A stretch of 64,000 nucleotides of DNA from the human T2T-CHM13v2.0 reference genome, Homo sapiens. Below the pieces are notes generated by a model. The model saw nothing but the letters and a program-made list of their open reading frames with translations, did no database searches and had not been told where the DNA came from. The DNA is taken from assembly GCF_009914755.1 (NCBI RefSeq), contig NC_060930.1; one strand, 5' to 3'. The position numbers and the translations under genes were made by a program. Below are positions 1-10,887 of the stretch, in pieces (position 1 is the stretch's first letter; each line of letters opens with the position of its first letter).

Positions 1-178
1 GCCTTAAATTTGAAATATTAACCCTCAACGGTTGATGATGGTCCCAAGAGTGAGTTTTTCTTTTGAAGTACATTTTAAATTTAAAAGAACTCAAGAAAAA
101 CCCACATGTTATATCCTTCTCTCTATGCATTACTTCCACAAGACATCTCTGAAGTCCTGACCTTGGCAAAGCACTCAC

Positions 179-250
179 CAGATAAGAGGTCAGCAGTGAG
201 AGAACTCTCAGGCACAGGAGAGGCCCCTTGTGGTGGAGAGGAGAAAGCAT
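179..250 (-). CDS. SNAP91: AP180 exon ~20 (72 nt, phase 1-1): (D)AFSSPPQGASPVPESSLTADLLS
   Basis: Acceptor ttttggaag|AT and donor TCTG|gtgagt. The translation matches AP180 as recalled and is in frame with the upstream exon. Confidence 0.96.
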
Positions 251-414
251 CTTCCAAAAGTGAAACAAACCAAAACCAAGCAGAGGTAAGTAGTAGAAAG
301 CTGAAATCAAAGTCAAAAATCTAACAAATGCATTATCACAGGTGAGTACAAAGAGCTTAATCAGGAAAACATCTAAGAAACTAAAGTGAAAAAAAAGGGT
401 TGCTTTGGTTTTAC

Positions 415-492
415 CTGTACTAAACAGGTCTATGCTAGGAGCAGCATCTGGCTTAGGCGCTGCAGCAACTTCAGGAGTGGACTCAAATAAAT
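415..492 (-). CDS. SNAP91: AP180 exon ~19 (78 nt, phase 1-1): (D)LFESTPEVAAAPKPDAAPSIDLFST
   Basis: Acceptor tcttag|AT and donor CAG|gtaaaa. Encodes two DLF clathrin-binding motifs. Confidence 0.96.
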
Positions 493-710
493 CTAAGACC
501 AAGAACACACATGCCTTTACTCAACTTGAACAATAAGCCTGACACAGCATCACTTCCCAGTCCTTAATTAGCACTTTGAAGAACTCTGAATTAAGCAGCA
601 AATGGTTTCTAGAGAACCATTTAATTACACAGTCTTCATGCAGTACATCTCAAGGATCAGAATTCAATCCACTAGACGGAAAGAGGTCGACAACAATAAC
701 AAAAAATTAC

Positions 711-974
711 CACCAAAGATATCTAGAGCAGGAGGAGCAGTGGTGGCGGTGGCAGCGGAGGTGGTGGTAGTGGTGGTGGCAGCGGCGGTGGCAGCAGTAG
801 TGGCAGCAGCAGCAGCTGCAACGGCAGGAGCAGGAGAAGGAGCAGTTGCGGGAACCGGAGGGGCTGTGCTAGCTGTAGGGGTAACTACAGGAACACTGGT
901 CTCAGGTGGCTTCATTGCAAAGAGGTCCAGCTCAGGTGCAGCCTCTGCACTACCTTCAGACGGGGCAAAGGGGT
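711..974 (-). CDS. SNAP91: AP180 exon ~18 (264 nt, phase 1-1): (D)PFAPSEGSAEAAPELDLFAMKPP...poly-Ala/Thr...ALDIFG
   Basis: Core of ORF 664..1026(-). Acceptor ttccaaaag|AC and donor GGTG|gtaatt. Contains DPF, DLF and DIF motifs. Confidence 0.97.
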
Positions 975-1606
975 CTTTTGGAAAGGAAAGTGGAGACACA
1001 CACAGCATCAGTAAGGAAAGAGACAAGAGACAGCATCATAACTATGGCAAGAGACACCTTATACAGATATTTACACACTAGCTAGGTGTGAGGCTCCTTG
1101 GATTTAACTACTATCCTACTGGCAGGGGTTAGTGATTAGGATGTTTTTCTAAAGAAAAAGGAAAACTTAGTAGGTACCACAAGTTAGCAAACTAAAGCAT
1201 TTTGCAAAGTGCCGTAAGATTAACCTACAGTCTAGGATCAGAGATTGCTATCCTTCAAATCTTCACTTTATTTGGTCAATCTGGTAGCTTTGAAAATTCA
1301 TTAAAACATGCCAATATATTTGAACTCAATGTTACAAAAGAGTACAATATAGCATTAGAAAAAAAAACATTAAGACAGCATACTTGCACTGACAAAAATT
1401 GTCAATCTTAAGAAATTGTCAATTTTGATAAGTATGTACTTCATTGTCTTAATGTTTTAAATGCTGGCATTATTTATTTAGTTATGATGAATGATACTTT
1501 ACACTCAGAAGAAAGTAAAATTAGAAAAACATATGGCCTCTTCTAACTACGGGGGTTTTACATTAGGACAGAAGAATAACAGACTGGCTAATGACTTTAA
1601 ACCCAC

Positions 1607-1714
1607 CATTTCCTGAACATGCATCAAGTGCTGCTGCTACAGGGGTTGGGGTAGCTGGTGCGGCGGCCCCTTCGGATGCTGCAGGGGCCTCCCCAGGAGA
1701 AGCTGCAAAGGCAT
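1607..1714 (-). CDS. SNAP91: AP180 exon ~17 (108 nt, phase 1-1): (D)AFAASPGEAPAASEGAAAPATPTPVAAALDACSGN
   Basis: Acceptor cccaag|AT and donor AATG|gtgggt. Locally GC-rich within an AT-rich intron, and matches AP180. Confidence 0.96.
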
Positions 1715-2254
1715 CTTGGGTGCGGTTTTTAAAACAGCAGAAATTAAAAGAATAAAAAGAGAAGAAAATACAGTAAAAGAACCAAGTTAAATTGTGAAGA
1801 AGGCTCCCTTATACAACATGAATTTTTAAAAATGCATTTTTATGGCCCATGCGCTGTCGGTGGTCACAAAACAATTATTCTTTGCACACCTTCATGTTAG
1901 TTAACATGCAAGTGATACAGTGTTGATACTGCTGAGGCCTAATAGGATCCAAAAGGTAATGAGATTCTCATTGTATAAGGGCTCTGAGAAGCATGTTTTA
2001 TGTATCATTAGAAATTAATGGATGTAAAAATTAAAACAAAAAATATTTTTATTATGTAATTTAAGACATTAAACTTTCATGTCCAGGTAACACTGATTCA
2101 CTGTTATTAAAATGTCCCTGTCTCATAGTTTCTAGCAAACATAATATCTTCTTTAATGCCAATAAAATTAAATATACAATGGCAATGTAAATAATTCTAG
2201 TTTTAAGATTTTTTATAATCTAGTACAGGCAAAATTACAGTGTTAACATGAAAG

Positions 2255-2475
2255 GTTTACTAAGCATTCCTAAGTGTTAAGTCTTCACTATCCCTGAAAA
2301 GCATTTTCAAACATAACCAATAATTTTACTAAGGTTTACTAAGCATTCCTAAGTGTTAAGTTTACTAAGGTTTACTAAGTATGAGAGTATGAAACACTCT
2401 TACTAAGTTTACTAAGCATTCCTAAGTGTTAAGTCTTCACTATCCTTGAAAAGCATTTTCAAACATAACCAATAA
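2255..2475. repeat. Complex local duplication: two 69-bp copies with scrambled partial copies between them
   Basis: 2255-2323 and 2407-2475 differ at one base. The spacer is built from ttactaag-containing fragments. Confidence 0.9.
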
Positions 2476-3290
2476 GTTATTTTAAAGACATAAAGAGATA
2501 AAAATAGGGTATGATACCATAATGCAATTATATTTTTCTAGTTATTTGGAAAATAATCTATTTTCAACAGGTTAAAACAATATTTTCACATTTTAAGACT
2601 ATAAGTGTATTATTATTTATAGAATATCATTAACATACGAGCAGCCACAGTTTATAAATGCCCATTTTACAAATGGCTGATGTGTACAGATGCTTCCCAG
2701 TGTGTTTCTACCAACAATGTTAGTTAAGGTAAGAAGTCTTTGAGCTTGCATAGAGATGCTATAGTTTCAAAAGTACAGAAGGAATCAAGCCATGATAAAC
2801 ATGACAGGCTTAGGAGAAGAAAACCCTGGAGAGTGGAGACCAGCACCCACCTAGAACCTGTCACTTACCTGCTAGACTTTCCATCCCCAAATACTGTCTT
2901 CCGCAATATCTACTCATGTTTCCTGGAACACTGTTCCTTCAGTCATGAAAATAACATGTCATATATACTTGGGAAGGGCTACACAGTACATGCTCTTCCT
3001 TGGTGATTTACTTAGTATATTAGGCTCTAGGACATGCTACTGTCAAGATACTTGTTTCTCAGTTTGACCTGGCATGTCCCAAACTGAGTATGAAACACTC
3101 TTTAGTAATGCAGAGTTCTAGTTTTATGTGGAATAACAAACATTAAACTAGATACTTACTTGGGTTAAAAGGCCCTTTACCAAATCTCAAATATCCCTTA
3201 GAAGGGACAACAGGACATCAGTTATTCATATCTTATGGATTAATCTGATCTGATTGTTCCTCTTTGTTATACTGAGGAAATATATGTTCA

Positions 3291-3452
3291 ATTTATTTAT
3301 TATTAGAGACAGAGTCTTGCTCTGTTGCCCAGGCTGGAGTGCAGTGGCAATATCATAGCTCACTATAGCTTTGAACTACTGGTCTCAAGTGAGCCTCTGG
3401 CCTCAGCCTCCTCACGGACTGGGATTACAGGCCTACAGCACTATGCCCAGCC
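3291..3452 (-). mobile_element. Alu monomer (FRAM/AluJ right-arm-like)
   Basis: gagacagagtcttgctctgttgcccaggctggagtgcagtgg...gggattacagg; a single diverged arm. Confidence 0.85.
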
Positions 3453-3769
3453 AGGAATATAGGTTTTGAGTGTCAGGTCAGCTGAGAGGCCAAATAAATA
3501 AAACTAAAGAATGAAGAATACATCAAGGGATAGAGTAGGCCTACTTTCTAAATGCCATGTTAAAGATACTATACTTCAGGACTTAGAGCAACACACCCTC
3601 TACAAGCAGGGCAGAAGAATGTAAGAGAAGTATGAAAAGATGTTGGGAGGGCTGTAAATATTTTGCCATGAGTCAGGTCAGTTGTTTTATTTTTTTTTGG
3701 TTCCTATAAAATTTGGAACTGAGGCCAATAATATTGCAAAGAGTAGAAACACATAGCAGTCATATATAT

Positions 3770-4105
3770 TGCCATTATTAAATTTATCTGTAACAATCTT
3801 GTGATTTAGGTTCTACTGTCTCCAGTCTGTAGATAACACAACCAAAGCTTAAAGCGTGTGTGTTCTCATCACAAACAATAAGTGAGGTAATGCATCTATG
3901 TTGATTAGCTCAACTTAGCCATTCCACAATGTATACACACTTCAAAACATCATGTTGTACATTATATATATATGTATATACTTTTTCAATTAAAGATTAT
4001 TTTTTTAAAAAAGTCTGATGACTAAAGTTACACAGCAAGAAAATGGCAGAGTTAGGATTTGGCTCAGAGCTGTCTGAGCTTTATGTGTTTAGCCACTGTA
4101 CTGCA
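3770..4105 (+). mobile_element. MIR interrupted by an L1MA-like 3' end (~3857-4010)
   Basis: MIR core halves flank the L1M 3' UTR motif ccattccacaatgtatac...aaaacatcatgttgtac. Confidence 0.6.
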
Positions 4106-4419
4106 TTTTTTATGAAATATGCCTCATTCTATTATATTACTCCCTTCTTTATAATTGAATAAACATCAGTTACATTAGTGCCAGGGATCAAATAGATATT
4201 TATGGGCTGACCCCTTTAGGTTATCACTTATGTGTAAGGAGATAAAGCCCATATTGTTATAGCTACATCCTTAGAAGAGGGTTTTAAAAAATCCCCTTGT
4301 CAGCAAGATATCTCCTTTTAATTCTTCTCTTGTTACTTGAAACTAAATATTATCAACTTAACTCATCTACAACTGTCAGAAATTTTCTTAAAGGTAGGAG
4401 CTGCAGCTGCTCCCACCCC

Positions 4420-4650
4420 CAGCTGTTTGAATCTTCCTAGCCCCGAAGGAGACATGAATGAGTGTCCAGATGGTACCAGGCCCAATCACTGTCTGACTGC
4501 AGCCACAAAAGAGACCTTGAGTGAGAACTGCCCAGCTGAGCTCAGTCAGCCACCAGAACTGTGAGAGATAAAATTTGAATTTGTTAAAAAATAAACAAAA
4601 CTTTTTTAAATATCTAGTTTTTTTCATTATAAATGGCAGCATTATCTTTC
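4420..4650 (+). mobile_element. MLT1-type MaLR LTR fragment
   Basis: gactgcagcc...gagaccttgagtgagaactgcccagctgagc...ccagaactgtgagagataa is typical of the 3' half of MLT1. Confidence 0.65.
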
Positions 4651-7017
4651 CAGTATTGCAAACTAAAGTTATTTCCAGTTCAGCTCTCCTTTTCATGTTA
4701 CCCATTTGCAGTTAATTTCTACATTCTGTCAGTTTTTCAACCAGCTCTATTTCCTAGAAATGCGTGCTCCTGCTGTTCTTCAATTATGGACTCAGTCTAG
4801 GCCTTAATCCATAAACTGAGCTGACTGCTGCAGACTAGTCTTTCTTCCCCTTCCAGCACTCTAAGACAGAATTTTCCTCTCAAACTTTTTATCATATGAC
4901 TACCTCTCTCAAATCTAAGAGCTGTTGTTTCCCTCAGCCTGACCTATTCTCTCTCCCCATCTACTTTGGCCACATAAGCCATCTTAAATCACACACTCAG
5001 CACAAAGGTTCCAATTGTTCTCAACAGCCCAAATGTCACATTCTGGTTCCTCTTTGTCTCCAAAGGTCCCAGGTTATAAGGCTCTAACATGAAATCTAGT
5101 TGAAAGTGTTTAATTATTGGTTTTAAGGAAGGTTGGTTAACTTAGTTTTTTGACCAACATGTACCCAATGTGATCAGGCTTGTGAGGTAAGTTCTTTGGT
5201 TTTCCAGTCACTTTGGTTTAATGTTTGCAGACTACTAACCTCATGAAGGTTTGCTCACAAATTGACACATTTGATTGAAAGGGTATCCTTGTTGGTGTGC
5301 AGAGGAATTAGCATCAATTTAGCATTCTAGTATTTAGAAAAACCCTGTGTTGTTCAAATCAATGTGCTATTGTCAGTAAAATTTGCATCAGTATAAAAAT
5401 AGGTTATTTTTAAGGATTTTGCCTTTTATTTTTGTCAATATTTATAAATTTTACTAAATTTTAAAGGCGTAACACTGCCCTTGCAATCCTGTTCTGCATG
5501 ATCATAAAAAGAAGATCTCATTTCTTAAAAGTTCACTTTAAAAAATGAAGCATTTAATAAATGTAGCTGACAAAAATTTTTTAATGACTTACATGAACTA
5601 CCTACATTGAAAGGACTAAAACATTACTTGTGTATCAATAAGAATATTTCTGTTAAAAATCACAAAAATTTACTATTTTTAAAATGTGTAATTTAAATAT
5701 AGTACTAAAATACATTAACAGTTTTAATATTTGATAGGGATGAAATTAAATAGCCATCCTTCTGAAATTAAAATCCATTAAGCTTTATTTCTAAAGAAAT
5801 CTACTTAGTTGCTGTACATATTGCATAGGACCTCAAAAAGGCATGTTTTAAAGTTGTAAAGTTATGCTGTGTTAAACAAAACATAACTGGTTTTCTGATT
5901 ATTCTAGAGTTCTACCACTTACCCATTGTAGAGAGACAAAATATTTAAAAAATGGCCACACAAAATGGCCAAAGAGATTTTAGCTTAGGTTTTTATTAAA
6001 AATTAAATCTCTGAATAATTTCTTAAAAACCAATGAAGGCATGAAAGAAATTACAGAAAATCACTGAAAATCACAAAACAGATAATGACATATATAGACT
6101 CCTGAACATAAAGGATGGAAATTGTATAGCTATCAGAAGCCAGGAGACAATTTATAGAACTAAACAGATCAATAAAATAATTATGATGTGATTTTCAGAT
6201 GTAATTGTCATTGTACACTCATTTCTCAGCCAGATGACTGGAAAGGATATTGATAAAATCACAAGAACAGTCTCATTCTTTGACATTAAGTTGCATGATT
6301 CTCTGCAGTACTCATCCTTTAAGCTTATATTTAAAGCTACAAAGAATGCCATCATGAAAATTTTCTAAACATACAGATTTTTCCACTTGATGAATATAGT
6401 CAAAACAGAAATAAATGACAAACAAAAACAGCATAATGGCATGAAGAATATTTCAAAGAAATATCTTAGTCTTTATTATTCTAGAGGGCTATGCAGGAAG
6501 TAAGATAGAGTTGATTGATTTCTTTGAGGTAATCAACTCCTTATAAGTGGACTGGAAACAAAAAATCTAAACAGCTAAGGCGTAGAAATGTTTCAGCACA
6601 AAATTATTATGCATCCTGTCCATATTTTCCTTACTTTTTTTCTGTTAACACAAGCCTATGAGAAACTACCCATAGCTACATCAATAACAGAGGGTGGGGG
6701 AAGGATAGATTTTAAATTAAAACATTTACTAAGTGTATTACCTATTATTATTATGGAACTTTCAAGCTAGAAGGACTTTAGAGATCTTCTAGACCAAGTT
6801 TCCAATTGTATAGATGGGAGAACTGAGGCCAAAGGAGGTCAAGAGGCTTACCTTTAGTCAGGCCTAAACAACTTTGACAAACTCTATTTACCACCTGATT
6901 TAGATTTGTGGAAGGAAGAGGAAGTTGATTTTATAAATGTAAGCTAAAATTTAAATTTTTGGTTTCAAAGGATATAGGGGCATAAATGAAAACCTAACCC
7001 TCTATAGTGGGTGGCTC

Positions 7018-7319
7018 TTTTTAATTTAATTTTATTTTTGAGACAGGGCCTTGCTCTTCACCTAGGCTAAAGTGCAGTGGCGTGATCAGGCTCACTGTAA
7101 CCTCCACTTCCTGGGCTCAAGCAATCCTCCTGCCTCAGCCTCCCAAGTAGCTTGGACTACAGGTGCTTGCCACCACAACTGGCTAGCTTTTAATTATTTT
7201 GCAGAGACAAGGTCTCACTATATTGCCCAGGCTGGTCTCAAACTCCTGAGCTCAAGCAATTCTCCATCTTGGCCTCCCAAAGTACTAGTATTACAGATGT
7301 GAGCCACTGCGCCAGACCA
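7018..7319 (-). mobile_element. AluJ
   Basis: Diverged dimeric Alu with a degenerate TSD, tgggtggctct / tgggtgactct. Confidence 0.9.
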
Positions 7320-7330
7320 TGGGTGACTCT

Positions 7331-7650
7331 TTATTCAAGGGTCTGCAATCCTTTTTCTCCTACTCTTTTACAAACAGGTTTCTCCTGTTCCATAGGAATG
7401 GACAGCAAGGCAGCAGAAAATGTCTTTTGTGCAGCAGTGGCAACAATGCTGTGTCTAGTGGAGTGCTCCTTGTCTTGGATGATGTTGGCCAACCTTAGAG
7501 ACTGGAGCATGGCATGTAGCAGAGTGGTAGGTGACAGTGTGTTAAATGTATGTTCCCAGGGGTACATATTGATTACACCAAAGCCTGCCAAATCTCTCTT
7601 GCTTTCACCATTTTCTTCCTCCAATTTCTTTACCATATTCTCAAAATGCC
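7331..7650 (-). CDS. Candidate alternative terminal exon of SNAP91 (hypothetical, 106 aa)
   Basis: Acceptor catctttcctag|GG is in phase with exon 16. The frame is open to TAA, and the stop overlaps AATAAA (7330-7335). Confidence 0.35.
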
Positions 7651-8505
7651 CTAGGAAAGATGTTATATGGTAATGAAGATACACAAAACTATAATGACTA
7701 TAACATCACTTGACGTATGTGTTTGATATGAGAACTTCTTTAGGTGTGGACATTGGTACCACACAGATGGGGATACATATATGAATAAACTGGCTTCACA
7801 TGGCTCATCAGGTCCAGGCATATTATAGTGGGTCAGAATTTACATTTCCATGGAAAGCATATTTTTAGACAATCATTTCAAAGACTGACTTAAATCTGTT
7901 TTCAATCAGCCTTTCAAGTGCTGCTTCAGATGTTTTCTCAGAGTTCCAAAACCAAAGATGATCCAAGTTTTTATTTGGACAGAACAAACTTAAAGCTGTA
8001 AAAACAGGCACATCCCTTAACTCTCTTCAAAGGCTTCCAAACCTGAATTACTCTTAGATTATTTTTTGCCCTAAACATTAAGAAACAACTTAGGCCTGTG
8101 TTGCTCCTCCTACATTCCCCAAATATTCTCTGGGCTAGTTCTAATCTGGCCGAAAAGCTAAATAAACCTAAAGGTGACAGAGAGCTCTGGTACCACTTTT
8201 ATACAGACACTGGAGAGCAGGAACCTAAAGGCAGGAGTTCTGAAGGTAGCAACATGAATTCTAATGTTAAAAAACGTGAAAATCAAATGGGCCTGATGCA
8301 TTGCAATCTCTGCTATAAAATTACTAAAATTAAGTGAAGAGAAAGTTGATGAATTTAGTGAAGATAAATATACATGAATAAACATTGAAAAAGTACTTAA
8401 ACACTCTGACATGCTGTTACATAACGGAAAAAATTTTAAAGACCTTAACTCCCAAGTAATTTTAGCAATCCTGAAAAAATGAAAGTAGCAGCGAGACTAA
8501 CTAAC

Positions 8506-8673
8506 CTCCAAAGAGATCCACTTCAGCAGTGACAGCAGTAACAGTTGTAGTAGTGGAGGCAGAAGCTGAGGCAGTTGCAATTTCAGCAGTTGTAGTAGGA
8601 GGGGTAGGTTCTGGTGCAAATGGATCTGAAATCTGTGCTTCAGAGGGAACAGAGGAAAGTGCAGCCAAAGAAT
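8506..8673 (-). CDS. SNAP91: AP180 exon ~16 (168 nt, phase 1-1): (D)SLAALSSVPSEAQISDPFAPEPTPP...AEVDLFG
   Basis: Acceptor aatatag|AT and donor GGAG|gttagt. Contains DPF and DLF motifs. Confidence 0.96.
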
Positions 8674-8819
8674 CTATATTTCACCAGAGACAGAGAGCAA
8701 ACGGAGAGAAGAAAAGCAAAGGACAAAAGATATACCAGACTCCAAATGATCAAAATAAGGACAGTTGTTACATACAGAAGTCTGTCAAAATGGAAGTTTA
8801 AAAACAAAGCTTTACTCAC

Positions 8820-8834
8820 CCTCTCCCAAAAGGT
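8820..8834 (-). CDS. SNAP91: AP180 15-nt microexon ~15: (D)LLGE
   Basis: cggtag|ACCTTTTGGGAGAGG|gtgagt. Supplies the DLLGE between AWG and DSL in AP180, and has UGC motifs upstream. Confidence 0.93.
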
Positions 8835-10080
8835 CTACCGATGTCCATTACATGGCAGCATAAGAATAAATAAGAGCTAAAGTTGAAACATGCAACCATA
8901 CCAATGTCCAAGCCAGATAAGGCACTAACTAAAAAAACCTTAGCTTTATGTGTCTTCTACACCATTTGCAATTAAAAAATAAATGTACTACCTATTATCA
9001 TGGAACTTTTAAGCTAGAAGGGACCTAGAGATCCTCTAGACCAAGTTTCACCTTTAGACATGTACTTCAGATTTTATTAACAAGCAAATGGGTCACAAAA
9101 CTACTTGTGCTGTAGCTAACCTTATACATGAAGATATCAGAGTCATATGATCACATAATATTGATTAGCTTTCAAATACATGTTGGTAGATAATTTTAAT
9201 TCTAATAAATTCTGGCAGTAATCCCATGTTTCTCAAAAAAAGTAGAAATTTCACTTTAAGCATGTATAAAAAGAAACTGTTTTCCCATGTCTAAAATATA
9301 CAGACACACAACACACACTTATTTGTGCTTCTGCAACATGAATTTACTATGAAGAAAATAAAAAACACTCTATTAGGGAGCCAAAGATGAGGATTTAAAA
9401 AATCCTCTGTATTCTTTCAGCCGATTGGGTTCATCACCAGCCTGTAGAAATGCCAAATCTTACATGCACAATTTAAATTAAATTTACTAAAATAAATTTG
9501 CTAAAATTTGGTTGCTTTACACCAACAGGAAAAAAAATGCTATCATTACAATGTGTCCCCTGAAATAAAAATGTGTGTTGGTACCTATAACCCCCAAGAA
9601 AAATTTAGAGACATTTGAAGTGGCTATGGTCCTTGGAAATGAGACCATCCAATTAGGCTTACAGAGTTTTACAGTTTATAATTTACTGCCTAGTTATACA
9701 GAATTCAAATATGCTTCAATAATAGAAGTGGCTTGATCTTATCAAACAAGATTGAGAAAACAATTTTATTTTTTTGCTTAGTCAAATAAACAAACACATA
9801 TCTGTTACAATTTAGCATCACCTTCAACCATGACTGGGTATCCACCGGGCAAATTGTAGAAGTTTATTTCAATTTCTTAAAGTCTTATAATTTTTACTAT
9901 TTTGCTTAGAAATTAGAGAATTTCTTTATTAGCATTTCCCCCCAAAGCTGACTTTTCTATTGCTATGAAATGTTGCAGTTGTAGATGTTTTGTTGCGGCA
10001 AAAGTGCTGTCTAATCATCAAAAGGTGAACATCAGGCCCTATAAGGTGCCTTTGTACTAATTATAAAAACGTACTCCCTG

Positions 10081-10887
10081 GGGCAAGGAGAAGGACAGCA
10101 TTAGGACAAATGCATAATGCATGCGGGGCTTAAAACCTAGATAACTGGTTGATAGGTGCAGCAAACCACCATGGCACATGTATACCTATGTAACAAACAT
10201 TCTGCATGTGTATCCCAGAACTTAAAGTTAAAAAAGAAAGAAATAAGAAAGTTTACATGGTTTTCACATATTTATCATTTTAAACAGGTTAAAGATAGTA
10301 CCTTTCTTGGGTAAGTGTAGTGATGACCAGCATAGTACTTGTCACAGGAGCACTCAATCAATATTAGCTTTCATTGTAACTTGAGAGCTATCTTAGTTTT
10401 TATTGTAAAATTAATCTTATGTGTTTATCAAAAAAACTTTAACCTTATAGTCATTTAAAATAACTGAAAAAAGCATAAAAATATGCTTTTAAAATCAAAC
10501 TACTATGGAAACTGCTTTACCCCAAATTTTGGCCCATTAGCTTACCTATTGGGACAACTGATGTTTAGCCATGTGAACAAGCCCCATTTTGTCAGAAATA
10601 TAATTTGGATCCAACTGCCTTTTTGTGATTTTTTTTTCTTTATTTTTGAGAAAGGATCTCACTATGTTGCTCAGGCTGGACTCTTAACTACTGGGCTTAA
10701 GTGAGATTCTCATCTCAGCCTCCTCAGAAGCTACATGCATGAGCCACTGCACTCAGTTTTTTTAATCCAACTGTCTTTGGTAAATCAGTGAGTTCGTTTT
10801 ACTGTCTTATGGCTAAAATTTGAAAATAAAATAAAAGCTATATTCTAAAATAAAAGCTATAATATCTTAAAAAGAAGAAAAAAAAAA
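10081..10887 (+). mobile_element. 5'-truncated L1PA 3' end (10081-~10250) with ~620 bp of 3'-transduced sequence
   Basis: L1PA 3' UTR followed by non-L1 DNA, AATAAA at 10849, an A-tail at 10869-10887, and a TSD at 10065-10080 / 10883-10898. Confidence 0.8.
10629..10758 (-). mobile_element. FLAM-like Alu monomer within the transduced segment
   Basis: T-tract followed by gagaaaggatctcactatgttgctcaggctgg...gagccactgcactcag. Confidence 0.75.

Noticed and set aside
602-1081. 159-aa plus-strand Val/Ala-rich ORF, and similarly 106..324 and 8529..8801
   Set aside because: These are antisense shadows of low-complexity SNAP91 exons, with no independent gene signals.
2863-2990. Strong minus-strand donor GCAG|gtaagt
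   Set aside because: No convincing upstream pyrimidine tract or acceptor, and the context looks like decayed repeat.
7269-7673. 134-aa plus-strand ORF
   Set aside because: It starts at a non-ATG codon inside an Alu and is the antisense of the better-supported minus-strand candidate exon.
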